From: an uncultured Faecalibacterium sp.
Lineage (GTDB): Bacteria; Bacillota; Clostridia; Oscillospirales; Ruminococcaceae
Direction: 5' to 3'
Assembly (NCBI GenBank): GCA_900765705.1
Contig: CAAFSR010000019.1
Location: forward strand, 1 to 62,650
Length of the DNA stretch: 62,650 bases
Shown: positions 49,105 through 59,785 of the stretch, one piece after another
How positions within the stretch are numbered: position 1 is the first letter of the stretch
Layout: each line of letters opens with the position of its first letter
Program-made: the position numbers and the translations under genes
The notes under the pieces: generated by a model
Seen by the model: only the letters and a program-made list of their open reading frames with translations
The model's database searches: none
What the model was told of the DNA's origin: nothing

Positions 49105-50421
49105 TTACTCAGCGTCAGCAGCCTTCTCAGCCTCTGCGGGCTTCTCCACGATGTTAGCGTGGCTCTTGATGAAGTCGATGGCCTTGGTGCGAGCCAGATC
49201 CAGCTTCAGATCCTCAACATTGATCAGCTCACGCACCTTGTCCTCTTCCATCTTGTACTGGTCAGCAATGCGCTTGATCTCGGCATTGATCTCGTCCTCA
49301 GAAGCCTCGATGTGCTCAGCAGCAGCAACAGCCTCCAGAGCCAGACCGATCTTGACCTGCTTCTCAGCCTGCGGCATGAAGGCAGAGCGGAACTGCTCCA
49401 TGGACTGGCCCATGTACTGCAGGTAGTCCTGCAGACGCAGACCCTGCTGCTCCACACGGAAAGCAAAGTCGTTGACCATCTCGTCCATACGGACTTCGTA
49501 CATAGCCTGAGGGATCTCACCCTCCATGCTCTCGACGACCTGATCGACCAGAGCGTTCTCGACAGCCAGATCGTCCTGCTTGTCCAGCTGCTCCTGGTTA
49601 TTCTTGCGGATGGAAGCCTTGAACTCGTCCAGAGTGTCGTACTCAGAGCAATCCTTTGCCAGCTCGTCATCCAGAGCGGGCAGCTCCTTGTACTTCACCT
49701 CGTGCAGCTTGATCTTGAAGACAGCTGCCTTGCCGGCCAGCTCAGCAGCCTGATACTCGGTGGGGAAGGTGACGTTCACGTCGAACTCCTCGCCAGCGGT
49801 GTGGCCAACGACCTGTTCCTCGAAGCCGGGGATGAAGCTGCCGCTGCCCAGAGTCAGGTTGTAGTGCTCAGCCTTGCCGCCCTCGAAAGCGACACCGTCC
49901 ACAAAGCCCTCGAAGTCGATATCAACGATATCGCCATCCTGAGCAGCGCCCTCACGGGTCAGCTCACGGGCGTTGCGCTCCTGCACACGCTTCAGCTCAG
50001 CGTCCACAGCCTCGTCGGTAACAGTATGGACAGTCTTTTCCACGGTCAGACCGTTGTAGCTGCCAACCTTGACCTCGGGCTTGACTGCGACCTTAACGGT
50101 CAGGGTAGCGCCCTCTGCCTCGCTGGCGGAATCCACGGTAACCTCAGGACGGCCCACGGGCTCAACGCCGGCTTCCTTAACGGCAGCCTCGAAAGCCTCC
50201 GGGAACAGCTCGTTGATGGCGTCGTAGGTAAAGACGTCTGCGCCGTACATCTTCTCGATCAGAGCCTTGGGGGCCTTGCCCTTGCGGAAGCCCTGCACAG
50301 GGTACTTCTTGCCCTCTTTTTTGAAAACATCGGCAACAGCCTTCTTGAAAGCCTCTGCGTCGATGGAGAACTGCAGTTCTGCCATGCTCTTCTCGAGCTT
50401 TTCACACTTGATGAGATTCAT
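49105..50421 (-). CDS. tig: Trigger factor
   Basis: GFRKGKAP signature and FKBP domain FIPGFEEQ. Confidence 0.97.
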   Translation of the reverse strand: MNLIKCEKLEKSMAELQFSIDAEAFKKAVADVFKKEGKKYPVQGFRKGKAPKALIEKMYGADVFTYDAINELFPEAFEAAVKEAGVEPVGRPEVTVDSASEAEGATLTVKVAVKPEVKVGSYNGLTVEKTVHTVTDEAVDAELKRVQERNARELTREGAAQDGDIVDIDFEGFVDGVAFEGGKAEHYNLTLGSGSFIPGFEEQVVGHTAGEEFDVNVTFPTEYQAAELAGKAAVFKIKLHEVKYKELPALDDELAKDCSEYDTLDEFKASIRKNNQEQLDKQDDLAVENALVDQVVESMEGEIPQAMYEVRMDEMVNDFAFRVEQQGLRLQDYLQYMGQSMEQFRSAFMPQAEKQVKIGLALEAVAAAEHIEASEDEINAEIKRIADQYKMEEDKVRELINVEDLKLDLARTKAIDFIKSHANIVEKPAEAEKAADAE

Positions 50422-50637
50422 TTGTTTATCCTCCACTCAAATATTCTATTGCTCAGGGCAGGAAGTTTTTGCCCGGGGCAACCGCGCACCACGTCCTTGC
50501 TGTATGCACACGGAATGCGGGGACGCGCGCGCTCAATTGGGTGCAACAATCGCGTCAAAACTTATTATAGCACGCTCCGGACACAATTGCCATACCAAAT
50601 TTTTAAATTTTGTCGTTTCTGCCCTTTTGTACAGCCT

Positions 50638-51321
50638 TTAATTGATGCGGTAGGGACAAAAACGCAGGCCGTCGGCACTTACCAGCTTGTACCGGATGCC
50701 GTCCACTTCGCCCTGCACCGCAAACCGGATGGCGTTGCCGTGCAGATGCCCATAGAAGCAGGTGCTGATCCCGTACTCCTTCAGGGTGGCTACGATCTCC
50801 GGGGCGCTGGTGCCGGTATAGACCGGCGGATAGTGCAGGAACACCAGCTTTTCCAGCCCGGGCTCTGCGGCCTGCAGGCTCATGCGCAAGCGTCCGATCT
50901 CGCGGTTCATCACCTTTTCGTCGTGGGGTTCGCCCACATCGAACAGCCAGCCGCGGGTACCGCAGATGGCGTAGCCCTCCACGCTGTAGGAGTTGTTGTG
51001 CAGGATATGCAGGGTATCAAAACCCTCGGCCTTGAGGTAGGCGTTCATCTTGTTGGCGGTGGACCACCAGTAATCGTGGTTGCCCTTCATGATGATCTTC
51101 TGCCCGGGCAGCTGCTGCAAAAAGGCAAAATCCTTGCGGGTATCGGTCAGGCGCATGGCCCAGCTGATATCCCCCGCCAGCACGATGGTATCCTGCGGGG
51201 TAATGAGCTTGCGCCAGTTTTTCTCCAGCCTGTCCACATAATCGTTCCAGCCGGGAAAGATATCCATCGGCTTGGATGCGCCCAGAGAAAGATGGGGGTC
51301 GCCAAGCACAAAAAGTGCCAT
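50638..51321 (-). CDS. Calcineurin-like metallophosphoesterase
   Basis: GDPHL, AGDISW, KGNHD, LHYPP and YGHLH motifs. Confidence 0.9.
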   Translation of the reverse strand: MALFVLGDPHLSLGASKPMDIFPGWNDYVDRLEKNWRKLITPQDTIVLAGDISWAMRLTDTRKDFAFLQQLPGQKIIMKGNHDYWWSTANKMNAYLKAEGFDTLHILHNNSYSVEGYAICGTRGWLFDVGEPHDEKVMNREIGRLRMSLQAAEPGLEKLVFLHYPPVYTGTSAPEIVATLKEYGISTCFYGHLHGNAIRFAVQGEVDGIRYKLVSADGLRFCPYRIN

Positions 51322-51357
51322 AGTCTGTTTACTCCTGTTCTGTCTGTCCGCAGAAGC

Positions 51358-52818
51358 TTATGCCTGATAGCCCAGCGCCACCTCGGCGATCTGTGCCGGG
51401 GCAATGACGGTATCAAAGCGCTCCGGCTTACTGCGCAGGGCGGCAAGGCTTGCCGGTGCGGCGTGACCGGTGGCAGCCTCCAGCTGCTGCATGGCTTCAA
51501 AATCGTTTTCCGGGGCGGGTTTGCCCAGTGCGCTCAGCACACTGCGGGGGAACTTGAAGGGCGATGCGGTGGAAAGCACCACCATGGGCACGCCCTGCCG
51601 CTTTTTCTGCCCGGCCACATGGAAGGCCACGGCGGTGTGGGTATCGCACAGGTAACCGTCCTTTTCGTAACGGGAGCGGATCTCCCCTGCCACCTCGGCC
51701 TCGCTGCTCCAGCCGCAGGAGAAGGTCTGCTGAATGGCGGCCAGCGTTTCGGGACGGACGGTGTAACTGCCGGTGACGGCCAGCTGCTGCATAAAGCCTG
51801 CCACCTCGGCGTCGCTGCCGGTCACATGGTACAGCAGGCGCTCCAGATTGGAGGACACCAGAATGTCCATGCTGGGAGAGGTGGTCTTGAAGAACTCACG
51901 CTTTGCGGTGTAAGTACCGGTGGTGAGGAAATCGGTCAGCACGTTATTCTCGTTGGAGGCGCAGACCAGCTTGCCCACGGGCAGACCCATCTGCTTTGCG
52001 TAATAACCGGCCAGGATATCGCCAAAGTTGCCGGTGGGCACGCAGAAGTCCACCTCGTCACCAAAAGTGATCTTGCCAGCCTTGAGCAGCTGAGCGTAGG
52101 CGGCAAAGTAATAGACGATCTGCGGCACAAGACGGCCCCAGTTGATGGAGTTGGCGCTGGAAAGACGGATGTTACGCTTTTCCAGCCCGGCAGCGATTGC
52201 CTTATCACCAAACACTTTCTTCACGCCGGTCTGGGCATCGTCAAAGTTGCCGCGCACGGCGTACACCGCCACATTGGCACCCTCCTGCGTTGCCATCTGC
52301 AGGCGCTGGATCTCGCTGGTGCCGCCGGTGGGGTAGAACACAGCGATCTCCACACCGGGAATATCATGGTAGCCGTCCAGCGCTGCCTTGCCGGTATCGC
52401 CGCTGGTGGCCACAAGGATCAGGGTCTTTTCGGTGCGTCCCAGATTCTTTTTGGCCTCCACCAGAAGCTTCGGCATCAGCTGCAGGGCGTAATCTTTGAA
52501 GGCGCAGGTAGGGCCGTGCCACAGCTCCAATGCGTAGGTATCCCCTTCCACTGGGGCAAGATAACCTGCCTTGCCACCAAAAGCAGCCCCGTAGGTGCTG
52601 CGGGTGGCTTCGGTCAGGAATGCGGGGTCGTAATCGGTCAGGTACTCCCGCACAACGGCGGCTGCCAGCGCGGGATAATCCAGCCCGCACAGAGCTTCCA
52701 CATTCACCTGCGGAAAACTTGCCGGCACAAACAGGCCGCCCTCATCGGACAGCCCCTGTGCGATCGCCTGAGAAGAAGTTACTTTGCGGTTCTGATCTCT
52801 GGTACTGAAAAACTGCAT
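51358..52818 (-). CDS. thrC: Threonine synthase
   Basis: ELWHGPTCAFKD, ATSGDTG, NSINWGR and PTGNFG motifs. Confidence 0.96.
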   Translation of the reverse strand: MQFFSTRDQNRKVTSSQAIAQGLSDEGGLFVPASFPQVNVEALCGLDYPALAAAVVREYLTDYDPAFLTEATRSTYGAAFGGKAGYLAPVEGDTYALELWHGPTCAFKDYALQLMPKLLVEAKKNLGRTEKTLILVATSGDTGKAALDGYHDIPGVEIAVFYPTGGTSEIQRLQMATQEGANVAVYAVRGNFDDAQTGVKKVFGDKAIAAGLEKRNIRLSSANSINWGRLVPQIVYYFAAYAQLLKAGKITFGDEVDFCVPTGNFGDILAGYYAKQMGLPVGKLVCASNENNVLTDFLTTGTYTAKREFFKTTSPSMDILVSSNLERLLYHVTGSDAEVAGFMQQLAVTGSYTVRPETLAAIQQTFSCGWSSEAEVAGEIRSRYEKDGYLCDTHTAVAFHVAGQKKRQGVPMVVLSTASPFKFPRSVLSALGKPAPENDFEAMQQLEAATGHAAPASLAALRSKPERFDTVIAPAQIAEVALGYQA

Positions 52819-52922
52819 GGTCATCACTCCTTTTCGCCACGGAACGTGCCGGGCACGTCCCCGGTTGTACGGCAGGGCCCTCGTTCTGCCGCATACTTCC
52901 CACCGGTGCCCACGTTCTCTAC

Positions 52923-53291
52923 CTAAGTTTCGCAGAGAAAGGCACCCTTTATAATATGTACCATCCAGCGCCCGCTGTCAAGAGGAACTACCTCTGCAAC
53001 GTCAAAACGCACCGGTTCTTCGCTTTGGCCGGTCTGCTGCAGATACTTTTGCGCAGCGCAGATCAGCCGGTGCTGTTTGGCCGGGTCTACGGCAGCAGCG
53101 GGACGCTGCAGCATCCGTTGGCTGCGGGTCTTGACCTCACAGATGACGATGGTGCCGTCCGGTTCCCGCAGCACAAGATCCAGCTCTCCCATGCGGGTAT
53201 GATAATTGTGGGCCAGCAGCTGCGCACCCTGCTTTTGATACCAGCGGGCAGCGGCAGCCTCTCCCCTGCGGCCGGTCTCGGCGCGGTTCAT
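52923..53291 (-). CDS. YraN family protein
   Basis: [23 protein letters not shown] and HIIKGAF motifs. Confidence 0.92.
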   Translation of the reverse strand: MNRAETGRRGEAAAARWYQKQGAQLLAHNYHTRMGELDLVLREPDGTIVICEVKTRSQRMLQRPAAAVDPAKQHRLICAAQKYLQQTGQSEEPVRFDVAEVVPLDSGRWMVHIIKGAFLCET

Positions 53292-53935
53292 TTGCCGCTC
53301 TCCGGCCAATAGCCCTGCTTTTTAAGGAAGCTGCGGCGGTAGAACGGCTGGATGCCGTACTGCGCGATCAGCTCATAATGCAGCTTTGTGGGGTAGCCCT
53401 TGTGCTTTGCCAGCTGATACTGCGGGTACTGCTTGTCCAGCTCCAGCATATAGCGGTCACGGCTGACCTTGGCCAGCACCGAGGCCGCGCCGATGCTGGC
53501 ACTGGTGGCGTCGCCCTTGACCACCGGCTGCGCCGGGATCTGCAGGCCTGCGGGGGTGCGGTTGCCGTCCACCAGTACCAGATTGGGTACGATGTCCAGC
53601 TCTTCCACCGCCTGCTGCATCCCGCCCATGGTGGCGTGCAGGATGTTTTCGCGGTCGATGACTTCCGGCCCCACAAAAATGATACGGTAGGCCAGCGCTT
53701 TTTCGCAGATCTCGTCAAACAGCGCCTCGCGCTTTTTCTCGGTCAGCTTTTTGGAATCGTTGATGCCGTACACAGGGTTTTCCGGGTCCAGAATGCAGGC
53801 TGCCACGCACACAGGGCCGCAAAGCGGGCCGCGCCCGGCCTCGTCCACACCGGCAAAGCAGCCGTACTGGCTGCGCACCTCGGCGTCAAAGGCATACAGC
53901 GGGGCCGAGATCTCCTCATCCGAGCGGCGTTTCAT
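53288..53935 (-). CDS. rnhB: Ribonuclease HII
   Basis: [18 protein letters not shown] and [11 protein letters not shown] motifs. Confidence 0.97.
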   Translation of the reverse strand: MKRRSDEEISAPLYAFDAEVRSQYGCFAGVDEAGRGPLCGPVCVAACILDPENPVYGINDSKKLTEKKREALFDEICEKALAYRIIFVGPEVIDRENILHATMGGMQQAVEELDIVPNLVLVDGNRTPAGLQIPAQPVVKGDATSASIGAASVLAKVSRDRYMLELDKQYPQYQLAKHKGYPTKLHYELIAQYGIQPFYRRSFLKKQGYWPESGK

Positions 53936-54855
53936 TCCTCGTCCTCCTCGGCAAAGTCTGCCAGATCATCCCGCTGCGGCGGGCGCTCCAGAGAGATGCG
54001 TCCCCACTTGCAGGCGCGGAACTCGTCCACCAGCATGATGGCGCAGCGCTCGGTATTCACCTCGCCGCCGCGCACCAGCAGCCCGCGCTTGCGGCCGATG
54101 GCTTCCAGCAGCTCGTAGGGCGGCAGTGCCAGCGTTTCGGCATCCAGCTTGTAGCGCTGTGCCACAAGGTCGGGATAGTTACGGCGCACCTCGTCCAGCA
54201 GGTTCATGGCCAGCTCTTCCACATCCAGAATGTCGTCCTTGATAGAGCCGATGAAGGCCAGATTAGAGGCGATGGCCTTGGAATCGAACTTTTTCCACAG
54301 CACGCCGGGCATATCCAGCAGATCGAACTTTTCGGTGCTGACCCACTGCTTGCCCTTGGTCACACCGGGGCGGTCTGCCGCCTTGGCGCGGGCAGAGCCG
54401 GCAAAAGTATTGATAAAGGTGGATTTGCCCACGTTGGGGATGCCGCACAGCATCACCTGCGTTTTGGCACCGCCCATGCCGCGGTTCTGGCGGCGCTCCA
54501 GCAGGCCGGAAAGTTCCCTTTCAATAGCGGCCTTTACGGCATTTGCGCCTCCCTTCTGCTTGGCGCTGATGGCCACGCACCCGGCATCTGCAGCGCGGAA
54601 GTAGCGGATCCACTCCTCGGTCACAGCCGGATCCGCAAGGTCAGCCTTGTTCAGCGCATAGAGCTTGGGCTTGCGGTCGGTGATGCGCTCGATCTCCGGG
54701 TTCAGGCTGGAAAGCGGGATGCGCGCGTCCAGCAGCACAAGGCTGGCATCAACGTGCTGGATCTCCTGTTCCATCATGCGCAGAGTCTTGGTCATGTGGC
54801 CCGGGAACCACTGAATGTTGTACTGGTTTGCAAACCGGGTATCCATTTCGTTCAT
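53932..54855 (-). CDS. ylqF: Ribosome biogenesis GTPase YlqF/RbgA
   Basis: [26 protein letters not shown] and DMPG motifs (circularly permuted GTPase). Confidence 0.96.
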   Translation of the reverse strand: MNEMDTRFANQYNIQWFPGHMTKTLRMMEQEIQHVDASLVLLDARIPLSSLNPEIERITDRKPKLYALNKADLADPAVTEEWIRYFRAADAGCVAISAKQKGGANAVKAAIERELSGLLERRQNRGMGGAKTQVMLCGIPNVGKSTFINTFAGSARAKAADRPGVTKGKQWVSTEKFDLLDMPGVLWKKFDSKAIASNLAFIGSIKDDILDVEELAMNLLDEVRRNYPDLVAQRYKLDAETLALPPYELLEAIGRKRGLLVRGGEVNTERCAIMLVDEFRACKWGRISLERPPQRDDLADFAEEDEE

Positions 54856-55403
54856 TTTACCACCCCAAAATCTGTAAAGGGCATAAAGCACAGCAGCACC
54901 TTGCCCAGAATATCACGCTCGTCAATGCAGCCGACATAGGAGGAGCGGCTGTCCAGCGATTCGTTGCGGTTGTCCCCCATTACAAAGAGGGTGCCCTCCG
55001 GCACTGTAAACGGGAACTGCACATCGTAGCCCAGATAGGTGGGCGCTGCAATGTAGTCCTCCTGCAAAAGCTCGCCATTCACTGTAACTGTACCGGCATC
55101 GTAATCAATGCTGATGGTATCGCCGCCCTTGGCGATGATCCGCTTGACCAGCGGCTTACCGTAGACGGTGTAGCTGTCTACAATGACCACATCGCCCCGC
55201 TGCGGGGTGTAGCCTGCCGCCCAGACGATCAGCTTATCGCCGTGGGTCAGGGTGGGCACCATGGAGCGCCCGTCCACCTGAATGATGCGGAAGAAAAACG
55301 AAAAGATCAGCACCAGTACCAGCGCTGCAGAGATGAGCGCCTCGTACCATTCCAGCATTCCCTGCCCGCGCACAGCGGCGGGAGATTGCTGCTGTTTTTC
55401 CAT
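54852..55403 (-). CDS. lepB: Signal peptidase I
   Basis: GRSMVPTL, VKRIIA and GDNRNESLDSR motifs. Confidence 0.95.
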   Translation of the reverse strand: MEKQQQSPAAVRGQGMLEWYEALISAALVLVLIFSFFFRIIQVDGRSMVPTLTHGDKLIVWAAGYTPQRGDVVIVDSYTVYGKPLVKRIIAKGGDTISIDYDAGTVTVNGELLQEDYIAAPTYLGYDVQFPFTVPEGTLFVMGDNRNESLDSRSSYVGCIDERDILGKVLLCFMPFTDFGVVK

Positions 55404-55451
55404 AGCTTAGCCACCAGCCTTTCCTTATTTTATGATACGCCCGGGCTTTGA

Positions 55452-55486
55452 AAAAGAAAAAAGGGACAACAAGTTGTCCCTTTTCT
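55452..55486 (-). terminator. Intrinsic terminator after rplS
   Basis: GAAAAAGGGACAAC-AA-GTTGTCCCTTTTCTC stem with a T-tract on the minus strand. Confidence 0.7.
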
Positions 55487-55508
55487 CCCGGTTTCAAATC
55501 GGGGATGA

Positions 55509-55850
55509 TCAAATATCGCTCTTGACCTTGGCAGCCTTGCCCGTACGGCCACGCAGATAGAACAGCTTTGCGCGGCGGACCTTGCCCTTGCGGATAACAG
55601 TGACCTTCTCAACGAAGGGGCTGTTGATGGGGAAGACACGCTCGATGCCGACACCGTAAGCCACGCGGCGAACGGTGAAGGTCTCTGCAACGCCACCGTG
55701 CTTCTTAGCGATCACAGTGCCCTCAAAGGCCTGAATGCGCTCACGGTCGCCGTCCTTGATACGAACATCAACGCGGACGGTGTCGCCAACGTTGAACTGA
55801 GGCTTTTCAGCCTTGATGCTGCCTTCAGAAATAATCTTCAATGCGTCCAT
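55509..55850 (-). CDS. rplS: 50S ribosomal protein L19
   Basis: [22 protein letters not shown] and [12 protein letters not shown] motifs. Confidence 0.98.
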   Translation of the reverse strand: MDALKIISEGSIKAEKPQFNVGDTVRVDVRIKDGDRERIQAFEGTVIAKKHGGVAETFTVRRVAYGVGIERVFPINSPFVEKVTVIRKGKVRRAKLFYLRGRTGKAAKVKSDI

Positions 55851-55872
55851 TTTTGAATCCTCCATTTGTTTT

Positions 55873-55912
55873 TAGACGTTCATGCACGGCATAGCCGTCA
55901 GAGGACCGCCCG
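55873..55912 (-). ncRNA. Ribosomal protein L19 leader
   Basis: GGGCGGUCCUCUGACGGCUAUGCCGUGCAUGAACGUCU directly upstream of the rplS SD; nested stems as recalled for the Firmicutes L19 leader. Confidence 0.7.
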
Positions 55913-56067
55913 TTTAATGATAAATACTTGTCATTAACCCCGCTGTGGTCTCAGCGGACACTAACGCCTTAATAGGATAGCACAAAACCGGCTTGAATGC
56001 AAGCGATTTGCCGAAAAATCCTGCAAAAATTTTCTGTTTTGCCCGGCAGACGGACTTTTGCGCCGCA

Positions 56068-56712
56068 TCAGGCAAACAGTTTACGGTCTGCTGTTAAAAA
56101 TTTGGTGCGCAGAATATTGGCGCTTGCGGCGGGCAGGCCCAGCTTTTCTTCCAGAAAACCGGTGAGCAGCGAGGGGTTCAGGTTCAGCTCCTGCGCAGCG
56201 GGCAGGCACAGCTCCAGCTGCACGGTGTCCCCCAGTGCGGTATAGCTAAGCTGCGGGATATGCTGTTTGAGATCCACGATCTTTTTGCCGCGCTTGCTAT
56301 GTTTTTCCACGGGGGCTGTTTCCAGCGCATTGTACTGCTCCAGCACCGCAGCGGCAGCCGCCGGGTAGCTGATGCGGTAGCAGGCAAAGGCGATGCTGTC
56401 CGCCTTCATCTCCACCGGAGCCACCCGGGTAACGTGGATACCGGCGGGCATGATGGCGTTGAGGGCGGTCTGCCACTGGGCAAAGTCCGGGGCTTCGGCC
56501 TCGGTCTTGACGTCCACGCACTCGCACTCGCTCTCCTGCCCCAGCGAGAGCGGGCAGGCAAAGGTCATGTAGATATGGGGGTTGAAGCCCAGCGTATGCC
56601 ACACCGGCAGGCCGCTGCGCTTGAGCACCCGCTGCATCACCCGCTGCATATCCAGCAGGGAGATATAGGAGGCTTCATTTTTCTTTTCAAACGAGATTCT
56701 GACTGTAATCAA
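56068..56712 (-). CDS. Radical SAM-associated protein (TIGR03936/DUF2344-like)
   Basis: YISLLDMQR...RSGLP...GFNPH...PLSLGQESECE; coupled to the upstream radical SAM gene. Confidence 0.88.
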   Translation of the reverse strand: MITVRISFEKKNEASYISLLDMQRVMQRVLKRSGLPVWHTLGFNPHIYMTFACPLSLGQESECECVDVKTEAEAPDFAQWQTALNAIMPAGIHVTRVAPVEMKADSIAFACYRISYPAAAAAVLEQYNALETAPVEKHSKRGKKIVDLKQHIPQLSYTALGDTVQLELCLPAAQELNLNPSLLTGFLEEKLGLPAASANILRTKFLTADRKLFA

Positions 56713-58546
56713 AGCAGGGACCTCCTAACAGATGGTTGGCACCGCAGGCATTGCAGGCACGGTTGCAGGGCGGGGTGGTCTGGGCAGCCAAAGCCTTATT
56801 GTACTCCCGCACCAGATACTCGTGGGTGATGCCGTAGTCCATGTGAGACCACGGGGTCACCTCATCCAGCGCGATGGGGCGCTGGCAGTAGAAGGCGGGG
56901 TCGATGCCAAGATCTGCAAAGGTCTGCATCCATGTATCGTACTTGAAGCACTCTTCCCAGCCGTCGAAGTAGCAGCCGCGCTTATAAGCCTCCACGATGA
57001 CCGGAGCAAGGCGGCGGTCGCCCTTGGCGAACACGCCCTCCAAAAAGCTGGTGGTGCTGTCGTGGTAGTTCACCTTGATCTTACGGCTGTGCACGCTTTC
57101 CAGCAGGTGCTTCTGCTTGGCCTGCAGGGTCTCGGCGGTATCCATGGGCACAAACTGGAAGGGGGTGTGGGGCTTGGGTACAAAGCAGGCGCAGCTGATG
57201 GTCACCTGCACGCCCTTGCCCTTGCCGCGCTTGGGCAGTGAATAGTACAGGTCCACCACCTTCTGGGCGGTCTCGGCAATGCCCTCGATATCCTCCATGG
57301 TCTCGGTGGGCAAGCCCATCATGAAGTAGAGCTTGACCGAGGTATAGCCTGCGTTAAAGGCAATGGTACAGGTCTTTTCGATCTCGTCCCAAGTGACGTT
57401 TTTATTGATGACGTTGCGCAGGCGCTGGGTGCCGGCTTCGGCGGCAAAGGTCAGGCCGCTTTTGCGCACCTTGGTTGTTTTTTCAATAAGGCTCTGGGAG
57501 AAGTTGTCCACGCGCAGGGAGGGCAGCGACAGGCTGACATGCTCCTTGGGTGCCCACTCGTTCAGATCGTCCAGCAGCTGTTCCAGCTGGCCGTGGTCAG
57601 AGGTGGAAAGGCTGGAAAGGCTCAGCTCCTCGTAGCCGGTGTTGGCGCACAGATCCTGCGCGGCCTTGTTCAGCAGGCCGGCATCGCGCTGGCGCATGGG
57701 GCGGTACAAAAAGCCCGCCTGACAGAACCGGCAGCCGCGCACGCAGCCGCGCAGCACCTCAATGCTGGCGCGGTCCTGAATGGCACCTACCATGGGCACC
57801 ACAAAGTTGGTGGGCGGGGCAAACTGGTTCAGATCCTTGATGATTGCCTTGGTGATGCGTGCCGGGATGCCCGGCTCGTTGGGGGTGATGGCCTTGACCC
57901 GGCCATCCTTGTGGTAGGTAACATCGTAGAAGGCCGGGATGTAGACCCCCGGGATCTTTGCAATGTTGAGCAGCAGCTGCTTTTTGGAAATGCCGTCTTT
58001 TTTTGCCTTTTCGATCTCGGCGCAGATGGCGGGCAGCTGATTCTCGCCCTCGCCCAGCTGGATAACATCAAAGAAATCCGCAATGGGCTCCGCATTGCAG
58101 GCGCAGGGGCCGCCCGCAACGATCAGCGGCCAGTGGGCGTCACGGTCTTTAGAATAGAACGGGATACCCGCCAAGTCCAGCATGGCAAGGATATTGGTGT
58201 AGGAAAGCTCGTACTGCAGGGTGAAGCCCACAGCATCAAAAGCCGTGAGAGGGTCTTTGCTTTCCATGGTGTACAGCGGCAGCTGCAGGCGCTCCATCTC
58301 TGCCTTCATATCCAGCCAAGGCATAAAGGCGCGCTCGCACCACCAGTTTTCGTGACCGTTGAGCAGCTCGTACAGGATCTTTTCGCCCAGAAAGGACATT
58401 CCCACCTCGTAGGTATCCGGGAAGCAGAAGGCAAAGCGCACATCCACCTTATCCTTTTCTTTATAGATACTGCCGGGCTCGCCGCCGGTATAGCGGCCGG
58501 GCTTCTGCACCCGCCCCAGCGCTTCTTTCAGTTTGGGATCAAACAT
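56687..58546 (-). CDS. B12-binding-domain radical SAM protein (TIGR03960-like)
   Basis: KPGRYTGGE, FPDTYEVGMS, CVRGCRFC (CxxxCxxC) and PKPHTPFQ motifs. Confidence 0.92.
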   Translation of the reverse strand: MFDPKLKEALGRVQKPGRYTGGEPGSIYKEKDKVDVRFAFCFPDTYEVGMSFLGEKILYELLNGHENWWCERAFMPWLDMKAEMERLQLPLYTMESKDPLTAFDAVGFTLQYELSYTNILAMLDLAGIPFYSKDRDAHWPLIVAGGPCACNAEPIADFFDVIQLGEGENQLPAICAEIEKAKKDGISKKQLLLNIAKIPGVYIPAFYDVTYHKDGRVKAITPNEPGIPARITKAIIKDLNQFAPPTNFVVPMVGAIQDRASIEVLRGCVRGCRFCQAGFLYRPMRQRDAGLLNKAAQDLCANTGYEELSLSSLSTSDHGQLEQLLDDLNEWAPKEHVSLSLPSLRVDNFSQSLIEKTTKVRKSGLTFAAEAGTQRLRNVINKNVTWDEIEKTCTIAFNAGYTSVKLYFMMGLPTETMEDIEGIAETAQKVVDLYYSLPKRGKGKGVQVTISCACFVPKPHTPFQFVPMDTAETLQAKQKHLLESVHSRKIKVNYHDSTTSFLEGVFAKGDRRLAPVIVEAYKRGCYFDGWEECFKYDTWMQTFADLGIDPAFYCQRPIALDEVTPWSHMDYGITHEYLVREYNKALAAQTTPPCNRACNACGANHLLGGPCFDYSQNLV

Positions 58547-58583
58547 CGGGTCCTCCATAAACAATCCGTTTTTTGCGTTCTTT

Positions 58584-59093
58584 TTATTTTACCCTAAATG
58601 TGCCGGTTTTGCAATCGTTTCGCGCCGTTTGGGTGCATATTCCGCGTTTTTGCCGCCAGAGCGCCGCCGCACACGCTGCCATCTGTGCACCATCCAGCGG
58701 CGGGACCGGCAGCAGATTGAACAGCCCGGTGAGCAGATTGGCCGCCCAGAATGCGCTGCCGCGGATGGTGGCGGTCTGTGAAAGGCGCAGCGCCCACACC
58801 CCGGCAAGTGTAAAATTGACCGCCGGCCCGGCGGCGGCAAGCACGAACCGCTGACGCAGGGAAAGCCTTTTCCCTGCCGTGCGCATGCAAAAGCCGGTCA
58901 TGGTCACCTCAATGACGGGCAGCTGCCCTTGCTGGATGCAGTAGACAAAGATATGTCCCAGCTCGTGCAGAATGGCCGCCAGCAGCCCCAGACGCAGAAA
59001 ACCGCTGGCATCAAAGTAGAGCAGCAGATATACCACGCCGCACAGCAGCACTGGGTCCCGGAACACAAGCTTCCCTACCCATACCCGGCTCAC
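58584..59093 (-). CDS. Short site-2 protease (peptidase M50, SpoIVFB-like)
   Basis: HELGH, AAAGPAVN and FNLLPVPPLDG motifs; only 169 aa. Confidence 0.85.
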   Translation of the reverse strand: MSRVWVGKLVFRDPVLLCGVVYLLLYFDASGFLRLGLLAAILHELGHIFVYCIQQGQLPVIEVTMTGFCMRTAGKRLSLRQRFVLAAAGPAVNFTLAGVWALRLSQTATIRGSAFWAANLLTGLFNLLPVPPLDGAQMAACAAALWRQKRGICTQTARNDCKTGTFRVK

Positions 59094-59620
59094 GGGGCAT
59101 TCTCCAGCAGGGCGGCGGGGTCACAGGCGGTGCCCTGCTGCCACAGCTCCAGATGCAGGTGCGCACCGGTGGCGCGCCCTGTCTGCCCCACCGTACCCAG
59201 CGTCTGCCCAGCCTGCACTACCTCTCCCGGGCGGACATAGAGGTATTGCAGATGCGCATAGCGGGTCTCGCAGCCATCCGGGTGCAGGATGCGCAGATGA
59301 TTGCCGTAGCTTTGGCTATAGGCAGCCTTCAGCACCACGCCTTCCTGCACTGCCCGCACCGCCGTACCCGCCGCGCAGGCGAGGTCGAGTCCCTGATGGA
59401 ACACAGGCTTGCCGGTAAAGGGGTCTGTCCGCTTGCCGTAGGCAGCCGAGATGCGCCACGCCGTGGTATCCAGCGGAAAGCAGTATTTTTTTGTGTTCCG
59501 CGCAGCCTGTACCGGCAAAGCCGCCAGTAGGCAGAGTGCCAGCCCTGCCAGCACCAGCGCCGCAACGCCCCACCGTCGTCTGCGTATTTTTGCTGCCTGT
59601 CCGCTTCGTTTTGCCCGCAT
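59090..59620 (-). CDS. M23 family peptidase with N-terminal anchor (SpoIVFA position)
   Basis: HQGLD, YAHL and TGAHLHLE motifs; GGAGG SD; directly upstream of the M50 gene. Confidence 0.88.
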   Translation of the reverse strand: MRAKRSGQAAKIRRRRWGVAALVLAGLALCLLAALPVQAARNTKKYCFPLDTTAWRISAAYGKRTDPFTGKPVFHQGLDLACAAGTAVRAVQEGVVLKAAYSQSYGNHLRILHPDGCETRYAHLQYLYVRPGEVVQAGQTLGTVGQTGRATGAHLHLELWQQGTACDPAALLENAP

Positions 59621-59642
59621 ACGCCGCCCTCCTATCCTGAAA

Positions 59643-59672
59643 AGTGTATGCAAAGGCGGCGGGCAGCAGAAC
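59643..59672 (-). promoter_or_regulatory. Putative sigma-E-type promoter of the M23-M50 pair
   Basis: Minus strand GTTCTG-N16-CATACACT; the -10 matches sigma-E CATACAnT, the -35 is weak. Confidence 0.4.
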
Positions 59673-59785
59673 CCGCCCACAGTTCGGGCAAGCAGTGATA
59701 AAAGCATTTACTGCAGCAAAAAGAGCCGCCGCACATTTTTTGCGCAGCAGCTCTGGTTTTATGTGTGGGATGTTTTATCTGTCAG

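Noticed and set aside
50562..50595. TAGCAC... upstream of tig resembling CIRCE
   Set aside because: No second GAGTGCTAA arm; it is the reverse complement of an extended -10 (GTGCTATAAT)
49159..52926. 1255-aa plus-strand ORF (also 14404-16914, 46973-49057, 59765-62356, 34322-36130 and others)
   Set aside because: Antisense shadows of clearly identified genes, expected from GC-rich codon bias; no recognisable domains
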